Positions 9,543 through 20,309 of a stretch of 64,000 nucleotides of DNA are shown piece by piece. Position 1 is the stretch's first letter; each line of letters opens with the position of its first letter. The stretch is from the NCBI GenBank assembly GCA_046484865.1, contig JAWOID010000018.1, positions 77,631 to 141,630 on the forward strand. The letters run 5' to 3'. The DNA comes from Candidatus Krumholzibacteriia bacterium. GTDB lineage: Bacteria > Krumholzibacteriota > Krumholzibacteriia > LZORAL124-64-63. Both the position numbers and the translations under genes were made by a program. The notes under the pieces are model-generated. The model was not told the origin of the DNA and searched no databases. It was given only the letters and a program-made list of their open reading frames with translations.

Positions 9543-10567
9543 CAGACCTCACCTTCCTCGTCGTGCATGGCTGCCAGGAAGAGCGCCTCGAGGTCGGATC
9601 GGCGCGCCCGGACGTCGAGCACGTCGATCTCCTGCGCCGAGCACAGGTCCAGCAGACGGGCGAGCGACGGCGCGTCCGGGGCTGCCAGCTCGGCCGCGGC
9701 GCAAGTCGCCTCCACCCGCGCCGCACCGGGCGCCGGCCGGCAGGCGGTCAGAACGGGTTCGGCAGCCGGGCCGCCCGGGAGTCGCGCGACGCGGACCAGG
9801 TATCCGCGACCCTCGCGGCGGTCGAGGCGGTGGCGTCCCACCAGCAGTCCGTTCTTCAGGAAGAGCGCCTCGTCGGCTAGCGCCTCGACGTCGGGCACGA
9901 TGTGCGAGGACAGCAGGATGGTGGCGCCGCGATCCCGCTCGGCGCAGAGCAGCTCGCGCGCTTCTCGCCTGCCGATCGGGTCGAGCCCGGACATGGGCTC
10001 GTCGAGCACCAGCAGGTCGGGCCGGCCCAGCAGCGCCTGCGCCAGCCCGAGCCTTTGGAGCATGCCCTTCGAGCACTTGCGCACGGGGCGGTCGGCGCGG
10101 TCGGCCAGCCCCACCCGCGCGAGCAGTTCCTCCACCTGCCGGCGCCGTTCCGCCGCAGGCAGGTCGAGCAGACGGCCGTAGAAATGGAGCAGTTCGCGGC
10201 CGGTGAGGTGCTCGTAGAAGTAGGGCTGTTCGGGCAGGAAGCCGAGTCGCCGGCGCGCCACCGGCCGCGCGTGCGGTTCACCGAAGATGGTGATCTCGCC
10301 GGCGTCCGGCCAGGCGAGCCCGAGCACGCAGCCGATGGTGGTCGTCTTCCCGGCACCGTTGGGACCGAGCAGCGCCACCACCTGTCCGCGCGGAACGGTG
10401 AACGAGACGCCGCGCACGACGGTGGTGCGACGCCGCCAGAAGCCGTGCAGATAGGCTTTCTCGAGTCCGAGCACGCGCAGCGCGTCCTCCGTGGCCGGCC
10501 GCGAGGGCGGCCGCGGCAAGATGCTCTCCGCCACCGGCGGATTTGCGACCAGCTGTTCGTGTGGCAT
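9542..10567 (-). CDS. ABC transporter ATP-binding protein (PilH-like)
   Basis: GPNGAGKTT, CSKGMLQR signature, LDEPMSGLDP, SSH. ATG 10567 with GAGGAG RBS. Confidence 0.93.
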   Translation of the reverse strand: MPHEQLVANPPVAESILPRPPSRPATEDALRVLGLEKAYLHGFWRRRTTVVRGVSFTVPRGQVVALLGPNGAGKTTTIGCVLGLAWPDAGEITIFGEPHARPVARRRLGFLPEQPYFYEHLTGRELLHFYGRLLDLPAAERRRQVEELLARVGLADRADRPVRKCSKGMLQRLGLAQALLGRPDLLVLDEPMSGLDPIGRREARELLCAERDRGATILLSSHIVPDVEALADEALFLKNGLLVGRHRLDRREGRGYLVRVARLPGGPAAEPVLTACRPAPGAARVEATCAAAELAAPDAPSLARLLDLCSAQEIDVLDVRARRSDLEALFLAAMHDEEGEV

Positions 10568-10651
10568 GTCTGCTCCTCGGCCGGTGAACGGTCCCGTTGG
10601 CGCCGGGAAACCTGCGCGGCCCACCGGCCGCCGTCCCGACCGGAACCGAAA

Positions 10652-10667
10652 TGCAACGGCGGTGCCA
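10652..10667 (-). promoter_or_regulatory. sigma54 promoter for the ABC-pilG-like-pilD unit
   Basis: TGGCAC-CGCCG-TTGCA, perfect consensus, intergenic, 85 bp upstream of the ATG. Confidence 0.8.
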
Positions 10668-10697
10668 GGACGCCGGGAGCGAGCCGGATTGCGGTGA

Positions 10698-11108
10698 TCA
10701 GCGCCGAGGCGCCGACCCGGTCAGGACCAGCAAGGGGCGCGGACCGGCATTGCCGGGGGCGTAGGCGGTAATCCGGTAATCGAGACCCGGCCGCGTCCAG
10801 GCGTACGCGAGGTCGCCGGGCGATCCATCGAAGATCGACAGCGCACCCGTGTAGGGGTTCCGCGGGGAGCGGCCCTCGGGCAACAGTGCAACGAGATCCA
10901 CCGGGTCCGTGGGATAGACCCCGCCGTACCGGGCAGCATGGACCTCCGCAGCGAGCTGGAGGGTGCGGGCGTTGCGGCAGACGGCTGCTTCACGGGTGTG
11001 GGCGCGGACCGAGCCGAGCGAACACCAGCCCGCGACCAGGAGCAGGACTGCGAGCGCGCCGGCCAGCAGGAGTTCCGCCCGACGAACTGGACGCCAGTGC
11101 CGGTCCAC
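10698..11108 (-). CDS. Degenerate pilin-like paralog (third copy)
   Basis: Hydrophobic N-helix after RRAELLL; shares TLQLAAE, NPYTG, GDLAY and YRITAY blocks with the two upstream pilins; no canonical G|F cleavage site. Confidence 0.65.
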   Translation of the reverse strand: MDRHWRPVRRAELLLAGALAVLLLVAGWCSLGSVRAHTREAAVCRNARTLQLAAEVHAARYGGVYPTDPVDLVALLPEGRSPRNPYTGALSIFDGSPGDLAYAWTRPGLDYRITAYAPGNAGPRPLLVLTGSAPRR

Positions 11109-11109
11109 G

Positions 11110-11655
11110 TCAGCCCCCCCGGCCGTTGCTGAGGGTGATGACCACGCCGTTGCTCCCCGGCCCCGAGTCGCGAGCAGCGCCGTATCCCTCGATGACGTAG
11201 ATCTGCCGGGCCGATCCGTAGCCGACGTCGCCGCGGCTGTAGGCCGCGAGAGGTCCCAGGACCAGCGGTGCCCGGGTGAACGGGTTGTCGGGGAAGACCC
11301 CGCGCGCGAAGAGCGACGGGCCGATGTCCTCGGCTCCGGGAGCGCTGCCGTCGTTGGCCGCGACCCAGAGCTCGACCGCGATCTGGACGTTGTGCACGTT
11401 CGCTTTCACGCCCGCTTCCTTCGCGCGTTCGAGGACCCGGACGAAGTTCGGCAGGGACATGGCGAACAGGGTGCCCAGGATGACGACGACCACGGCGACC
11501 TCCACCAGGCCGAAACCAGCCCGGCGGGTCCCCGGTCCGCGCCGCCCGACCCGCGCTCCGGCGATCCGCCGCCGCGGGGTCGACGCCGCCGGCACAGGCG
11601 CGGACGGCGCTCCCCCGCGAGGGGCGAGCGCCGTCCGGTTCGTCGCCGGAATCAC
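11110..11655 (-). CDS. Type IV pilin paralog (minor/alternative pilin)
   Basis: RRAG|FGLVEVAVVVVILG...PNF...AKEAGVKANVH; body closely similar to pilA (FPDNPFT, YSRGDVGY, IEGYG, VITLSNG). Start uncertain (GTG 11655 or 11595). Confidence 0.85.
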   Translation of the reverse strand: MIPATNRTALAPRGGAPSAPVPAASTPRRRIAGARVGRRGPGTRRAGFGLVEVAVVVVILGTLFAMSLPNFVRVLERAKEAGVKANVHNVQIAVELWVAANDGSAPGAEDIGPSLFARGVFPDNPFTRAPLVLGPLAAYSRGDVGYGSARQIYVIEGYGAARDSGPGSNGVVITLSNGRGG

Positions 11656-11666
11656 GTGACGAAGGA

Positions 11667-12077
11667 TCAGCCGTTGCTGAGCGAGATCACGATGCCGGTC
11701 CCGTCCGGCCCGCTCGTGGCCTCGTAGCCATAGCCCTCGATCGTGTACACGAGACCCGCCAGCAGGTAGCCCAGGTCGCCCTGGCTGTAGCCGGGGGCCG
11801 CGATCGCGATCGGAAGACCGGTGAACGGGTTGTCCGGGAACACGGTACCCGGGAACATGGTGGCATTGATGTCTCCGATGGCCGGCAGCGTGCCGTCGTG
11901 CACCACGGAGTAGTCCTCCACCGCGAGCTGCAGGGAGTGCGCGTTGGCCTTCACGGAGGCCTCCTTCGCGCGGCTCTGCATCTGGATGAAGTTCGGGATG
12001 GCGATGGCGGCCAGGATACCGATGATCACCACGACGATCATCAGCTCGATCAACGTGAAGCCCTTGCGATTGATCAC
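11667..12077 (-). CDS. pilA: Major type IVa pilin
   Basis: GTG 12077 with strong AAGGAGGAG RBS; MINRKG|FTLIELMIVVVIIGILAAIAIPNF; directly downstream of pilR with its own sigma54 promoter. Confidence 0.92.
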   Translation of the reverse strand: MINRKGFTLIELMIVVVIIGILAAIAIPNFIQMQSRAKEASVKANAHSLQLAVEDYSVVHDGTLPAIGDINATMFPGTVFPDNPFTGLPIAIAAPGYSQGDLGYLLAGLVYTIEGYGYEATSGPDGTGIVISLSNG

Positions 12078-12160
12078 GACTCTCCTCCTTGCTCCGGTCG
12101 CTGCTCTGCCGTCCGGGACCCCGACGGGCCCGGCTGCCTGTTGGCGGCGTCGCTGTCGGT

Positions 12161-12176
12161 TGCAACGGATGTGCCA
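12161..12176 (-). promoter_or_regulatory. sigma54 promoter of pilA
   Basis: TGGCAC-ATCCG-TTGCA, perfect consensus, 84 bp upstream of the pilA start. Confidence 0.88.
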
Positions 12177-12273
12177 TACCCGCGCTTCCTCCCTCTTCTC
12201 CCCCGGCCCGTTGCAAACATTGAATTTGAGGCCGGTTCGCGGTCTTCCGGCCGGCCGCCGCCCGACCGTCCGG

Positions 12274-12290
12274 ACGTGCAGGATGCACGT
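12274..12290. promoter_or_regulatory. Candidate enhancer (PilR binding) palindrome
   Basis: ACGTGCA-GGA-TGCACGT inverted repeat about 100 bp upstream of the pilA -24 box. Confidence 0.45.
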
Positions 12291-12365
12291 GGACCGGGAA
12301 ATGTGCACCGGTCTGCCCGGCAAGAGCCGTCCGGCCGGGGAACCCGCCGGCCGGTCCTGGAACCC

Positions 12366-13838
<1,473 letters not shown>

Positions 13839-13911
13839 GGCGTCGCTCCTTCGCTGCTGCTTCGTCTCGCTGGGGTTCTGCGGAATCACGTTCGTCTCCT
13901 TCGGGCGCGCC

Positions 13912-15633
13912 TCACACGGCCGCGGTCTCGCGCGGTCGGACGCCCGCTTCCGTGCCGGCCGTGGCGACCGGCGCCGCCAGCGGGTCTTCCTCGGGGCGCG
14001 GCAGCCGCACCACGAACAGTGCACCGCCCTCGGGCGGGTTCTCGGCCTCCACGGTGCCCCCGTGGGCGTGGGCGATCCGGGCCACCATGGGCAGCCCCAG
14101 TCCCGTGCCGTCCTTCTTGGTGGTCATGAACGGATCGAAGATCCGCTCGGCGACGTCCGCGTCGATCCCCGGTCCCCCGTCGGAGACCCGGATCTCGCAG
14201 CTCTCGCCGGCGGCGCCGAGCACCTCGATGCGCAGGCGTCCGCGGTACCCCATGGCCTCGCAGGCATTGAGCGCCAGGTTGAGGAGCAACTGCACCATCA
14301 GCTCCGGATCCATGGGGAACGCCAGGTCGCCGGGTTCCACCGCGCAGCTCAGCTCGACCGCGCCGCCGTGTGCGCTCACGTCCTGCCGCACCTGCAGCGC
14401 CACCTCGTCCAGGAACTCCGCGCAATCGACGACCCGCCGGCTGGGCGGACGCAGCCGCGCGAACTGGAGGAAGTGGTTGATGATCATGTTGACCCGCGCG
14501 CTCTCCTTGAGGATGAGATCGAGGAGTTGCGCCTGGTTGCCCTCGAGCTTCAGCTCCGACGCGAGGATCTCGACGCTCCCGCGGATGCTGCCCAGCGGAT
14601 TGCGGATCTCGTGGGCGATGCTCGCCGCCAGCTCGCCGACGCCCGCCAGACGGTCGGCCTTGCGCAGGTGCTCGCGCATGCGCTGCACCTCGGTGAGGTC
14701 GGTGAAGATCGCGACGGCACCGCAGATCTCGCCGTCTCCGTCCTCCAGGTAGTTCACCGTCACGCCCAGGGGAACCTGCCGGTCGCCGCGCTGAAGCGGC
14801 AGTTCGGCCCGCCGCAGGGGCGGCCCGGCGGCCGCCACGTCGAGGATGCCGGCGGCCAGCGCCTCGCCGCCCGGGCCGAGCGCCGGTTGCAGGAGCTGGC
14901 CGAGCACCTCGTCCGCCCGCACCTGCAGGAGCCGGCAGGCCGCCGGGTTGATGCGGGTGACGCGACCCGACAGGTCCACCGTCACCAGCCCGCTGCTGAG
15001 GTTGTCGAGGATGCTGCGCACCTCGGTCCGCGTGCGCGCCACCTGATGCGCTGCGTGCTCCTGCAGGCGCCGGCGCTGGGAGCTGCGGCTGGCCAGCTCG
15101 CCGCCCACCATGCCGACCACCAGGAACAGCCCCACGTGCAGGAAGGTCACGAGCAGCTCGGTGCCGCCGGTGTAGGCCAGCCCGCTGGCCGTGCCGGAGA
15201 GCCAGCCGCCGAGCGCCAGGCCCGCGTGGCCACCGCCGGTGAGGACCGCCGCCAGCCCCGCCACCATCAGGGCGGCACGCGGGCCGAGGAACGACGCGGC
15301 CAGCACGATGATCAGGCAGTGGAGAGCGGGGAACGCGCTGTGCGGTCCGCCGCTGAGATGCACCAGCAGCCCGACCGCGATCGTGTCCACGGCCAGTTGC
15401 GCGCCGAGCAGCGGTCGTTCCGGCACGCCTGCCCGGCCCAGGTGCCAGGCAACTCCGAGACTCGCGTACAGCGCCAGCAGCGTGAGAACCAGACCCCGAT
15501 CGAGAACCGGGCCGCCCGCCAGCACGCTCGCCAGCGTGCCGGCTCCGGTGAGGAAGATCGCGAGCATGACCCGCCACAGGAGCAGATGCCCCAGTCGGTC
15601 CCGCTCGGCGCGATTGCGGACGGCCGCGGCCAT
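13912..15633 (-). CDS. pilS: Sensor histidine kinase PilS
   Basis: About six TM segments, PAS domain, AHEIRNPL H-box, NLALNA, DGGPG, F and G2 boxes; between pilC and pilR. Confidence 0.88.
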   Translation of the reverse strand: MAAAVRNRAERDRLGHLLLWRVMLAIFLTGAGTLASVLAGGPVLDRGLVLTLLALYASLGVAWHLGRAGVPERPLLGAQLAVDTIAVGLLVHLSGGPHSAFPALHCLIIVLAASFLGPRAALMVAGLAAVLTGGGHAGLALGGWLSGTASGLAYTGGTELLVTFLHVGLFLVVGMVGGELASRSSQRRRLQEHAAHQVARTRTEVRSILDNLSSGLVTVDLSGRVTRINPAACRLLQVRADEVLGQLLQPALGPGGEALAAGILDVAAAGPPLRRAELPLQRGDRQVPLGVTVNYLEDGDGEICGAVAIFTDLTEVQRMREHLRKADRLAGVGELAASIAHEIRNPLGSIRGSVEILASELKLEGNQAQLLDLILKESARVNMIINHFLQFARLRPPSRRVVDCAEFLDEVALQVRQDVSAHGGAVELSCAVEPGDLAFPMDPELMVQLLLNLALNACEAMGYRGRLRIEVLGAAGESCEIRVSDGGPGIDADVAERIFDPFMTTKKDGTGLGLPMVARIAHAHGGTVEAENPPEGGALFVVRLPRPEEDPLAAPVATAGTEAGVRPRETAAV

Positions 15634-15635
15634 CT

Positions 15636-16862
15636 CTAGCTCCCCCCGACGATCTGCCCCATCTTGAACATGGGCAGGTACATGGCGATGAGCATGCCGC
15701 CCACCATCGTGCCCATCAGCACGATCATCAGGGGTTCGATGGCGGCGGTCAGGGCCTCCACGGCCGCGTCCACCTCGTCGTCGTAGAAATCGGCGATCTT
15801 GGCGAGCATCTCGTCGAGGGCACCGGTCTGCTCGCCGATGCCGATCATCTGCACGACCATGGGCGGGAACACCTCGCTCGCCGCCAGTGGTTCGGCGATG
15901 GTGTCGCCCTGGCTGATGCTGCGCGACGTACTCTCGATGGCGTGCTGAAGGACCATGTTGCCGGCCGTCTTCGCGGTGATCTCGAGCGCCTGCAGGATGG
16001 GCACGCCAGAGCCGATCAGCGTGCCGAGCGTGCGCGTGAAGCGCGACACGGCCGACTTGCGCAGCACGTTCCCGATGACCGGGATCCGGAGCGAGAACCG
16101 GTCGGTCTGCAGACGACCGACCGCCGTGGCGCGGTAGCGCCGGAACCCGTAGAACGCGCCGACCGAACCCAGGACGAGCGCCCACCAGTACCCGCGCAGG
16201 AACACGGAGATGCCCATCACCACCCGCGTGGGTCCCGGCAGTTCACCGCCGAAATCCTCGAACATCTTCGCGAACACAGGGATCACGAACAGGAGCATGA
16301 AGACGCAGGCGCCCACCGCCACGGTGAGCACGATGCTGGGATACAGCATCGCGCCCTTGACCTTGCGGGCGAGAGCGTCGGCCTTTTCCAGGAACACCGC
16401 CAGGCGCCCCAGGATCACGTCGAGGATGCCTCCCGCCTCGCCGGCGGCGATCATGTTGACGAAGAGGTCGGAGAACACGTTGGGGTGCTTGCCGAGGCTC
16501 TCCGCCAGGGTCGAGCCGCCCTCCACGTCCAGCATGACCTGGTTGATGGTCTGCTTGAAGAAGGGCTTCGTCTGCTGGCGGCCCAGCACGTCCATGCACT
16601 GCACGAGCGGCAGGCCGGCGTTCACCATCGTGGCGAACTGCCGGGTGAAGACGCAGAGGTCCTTCACGCTCACGCCCTTCTTCCGCAGGCCGCGCAGCGG
16701 GATCTCCTTGGGCTTCTTCTTGATGGAGGTGATGGTGACGCGTCGCTTCCGCAGGTACTCGGAGACCTGCCGGCGATCCTCGGCCGCGTACTCGCCGGAG
16801 AGCACCTCGCCCTTCGGCGACTTGCCCGTCCAGACGTAGGTCGAAGTGGTGGTGGCCGCCAC
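15636..16862 (-). CDS. pilC: Type IV pilus platform protein PilC
   Basis: FTRQFATMVNAGLPL, AGEAGGILD, GEQTGALDEML, AMYLPMF. GTG 16862 with GGAGG RBS. Confidence 0.95.
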   Translation of the reverse strand: MAATTTSTYVWTGKSPKGEVLSGEYAAEDRRQVSEYLRKRRVTITSIKKKPKEIPLRGLRKKGVSVKDLCVFTRQFATMVNAGLPLVQCMDVLGRQQTKPFFKQTINQVMLDVEGGSTLAESLGKHPNVFSDLFVNMIAAGEAGGILDVILGRLAVFLEKADALARKVKGAMLYPSIVLTVAVGACVFMLLFVIPVFAKMFEDFGGELPGPTRVVMGISVFLRGYWWALVLGSVGAFYGFRRYRATAVGRLQTDRFSLRIPVIGNVLRKSAVSRFTRTLGTLIGSGVPILQALEITAKTAGNMVLQHAIESTSRSISQGDTIAEPLAASEVFPPMVVQMIGIGEQTGALDEMLAKIADFYDDEVDAAVEALTAAIEPLMIVLMGTMVGGMLIAMYLPMFKMGQIVGGS

Positions 16863-16881
16863 GATGGTTCCTCCCTCTCGC

Positions 16882-17958
16882 TCAGCGTCCGGCGCTGACC
16901 GGTTCACCGAGCATCTGCCGCAACTCGGGTACGTCCGGGCTCCGCCCGTACGCCTGGTCCTCGGAGATCCACTTGTTCACCAGCGCCTGGTAGAGCGACT
17001 GGTTCATGGTCTGCATGCCGTACTTCTGCCCGGCCTGGATGAGGCCGTAGATCTGGTGGGTCTTGTTGTCGCGGATCATGGCCTTGATGGCCGGAGTGCA
17101 GACCATGACCTCCAGGCAGAGCACCCGGCCCGCGCCTCGCGCCCGCGGGATGAGTTGCTGGGTGATCACGCCGGCCAGGCAGAACGACAGCTGCGAGCGC
17201 ACCTGGTTCTGCTGCTCCGGCGGGAAGACGTCGATGATGCGGTTGACCGACTCGAAGGTGCTGTTCGTGTGCAGCGTGGCCATGGCCAGGTGGCCCGTCT
17301 CTGCGATCGTCAGGGCCGCGGAGATGGTCTCGCGGTCGCGCATCTCGCCGATGAGGATGACGTCCGGATCCTGGCGCAGCACGTACTTCAGCGCGGCGCA
17401 GAAGTTCTTGGTGTCGTTGTTCACCTCGCGCTGGTTCACGATGCACCCCTTGTGCTGGTGCACGTACTCGATCGGGTCCTCGATGGTGATGATGTGGCCG
17501 TTGCGCTGGGTGTTGATCGAATCCACCATCGTCGCCAGCGTGGTCGACTTGCCGCTGCCCGTGGGACCGGTCACCAGCACCAGCCCCTGGGTGCGGGCGA
17601 TCAGATCGCGACACACCTGAGGCAGCCCCAGTTCCTCGAACGAGTGGATGGTGTAGGGGATCTGCCGGATGGCCATCGAGGTGACGCCGCGCTGCAGGAA
17701 GACGTTCGCGCGGAAGCGGCTGATTCCCTGCACTCCGAACGAGAAGTCCAGCTCCTTCTCCGTCTCGAACCGCTTCTTCTGCTCCTCGTTGAGGATGCTG
17801 TACGCCAGTCGGCGCGTGTCGTCGCCGGTGAGGACGGGGAAATCGGTGCCGAACACGCGCCCGTCCACCCGCAGCTGCGGGGACAGGGCGGCGGTGATGT
17901 GGAGGTCGCTGGCGCCCTTGTTCACCATCTCCTCCAGCAGTTCTCTCATGCCGACCAA
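16882..17958 (-). CDS. pilT: Retraction ATPase PilT
   Basis: ASDLHI, GPTGSGKSTT, EDPIEY, RQDPDVILIGEMRD, AETGHL, AIKAMIRD (AIRNLIRE-like). Confidence 0.96.
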   Translation of the reverse strand: MVGMRELLEEMVNKGASDLHITAALSPQLRVDGRVFGTDFPVLTGDDTRRLAYSILNEEQKKRFETEKELDFSFGVQGISRFRANVFLQRGVTSMAIRQIPYTIHSFEELGLPQVCRDLIARTQGLVLVTGPTGSGKSTTLATMVDSINTQRNGHIITIEDPIEYVHQHKGCIVNQREVNNDTKNFCAALKYVLRQDPDVILIGEMRDRETISAALTIAETGHLAMATLHTNSTFESVNRIIDVFPPEQQNQVRSQLSFCLAGVITQQLIPRARGAGRVLCLEVMVCTPAIKAMIRDNKTHQIYGLIQAGQKYGMQTMNQSLYQALVNKWISEDQAYGRSPDVPELRQMLGEPVSAGR

Positions 17959-18004
17959 CGCAGTCTCCTCCCGGGATAGCGGAGCCCGGCGGCCCCGGTC
18001 GTGT

Positions 18005-19705
<1,701 letters not shown>

Positions 19706-19819
19706 GGAAGCGCATTCTCCGCTGCTGGCGTGCAAGCCGTCCCGGCGCCGCCGCGCAGCGGCCCGGGGACGGGTCGCCGGCTCCCGGCGGCCGGCGGCGT
19801 CGATCTTCCGTGTCCCAGG

Positions 19820-20284
19820 TTATCGACGGAGAGCGTTGCAACTTGAGATGGAATCGGCGGGGGTCGACGCCGCTCCGGCGCCGGCGGACGTGCAATCCGC
19901 AGCGGCCGCCGGGACGGGCGGAAAGACCAGCCGGTCAGCCAGTCTTCCGGCCAGCACGGGGCCGATGCCGCGGACCTGCCGGAGGTCCTCTGAGGTGGCG
20001 AATTGCACGCCCTGGTTCCGCGCCTCGACGATGCGGCCGGCCAGGGCGGGGCCGATTCCCGGCAGCAGGACCAGACTCTCGGGCGGAGCGGTATTGGGGT
20101 CGAGCGGCCCGGCGAGCCGTGGCGGCGGCGGCGGTTCCTCCGGCAACGGTGGCAGCGCCTGCTCGAGCCAGAGGGGATCGCGCCAGGCGCCATCCGGTCC
20201 CAGCAGGAGCTGGGTCCGGATCAGCCGCCCCGCCAGGACGAGCGCCGCGAGCAGCAGCAGCCCGGTCGCCTCGCGACGGTTCAT
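19820..20284 (-). CDS. comEA: ComEA-like helix-hairpin-helix DNA-binding protein
   Basis: N-terminal TM; LDPNTA..ESLVLLPGIGPALAGRIVEAR...F...EDLRQVRGIGP double HhH. Confidence 0.82.
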   Translation of the reverse strand: MNRREATGLLLLAALVLAGRLIRTQLLLGPDGAWRDPLWLEQALPPLPEEPPPPPRLAGPLDPNTAPPESLVLLPGIGPALAGRIVEARNQGVQFATSEDLRQVRGIGPVLAGRLADRLVFPPVPAAAADCTSAGAGAASTPADSISSCNALRR

Positions 20285-20309
20285 GCCGTTCGTCCGCGCG
20301 CGCCGGCGT

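Noticed and set aside
11667..12077. Geobacter-type conductive e-pilin
   Set aside because: This is a full-length pilin of about 130 aa with about 11 aromatic residues, lacking the Y27/Y32/F51/Y57-equivalent positions.
12205..12230. IHF site between the pilA enhancer and promoter
   Set aside because: The AT-rich patch is in a plausible position but has several mismatches to WATCAANNNNTTR.
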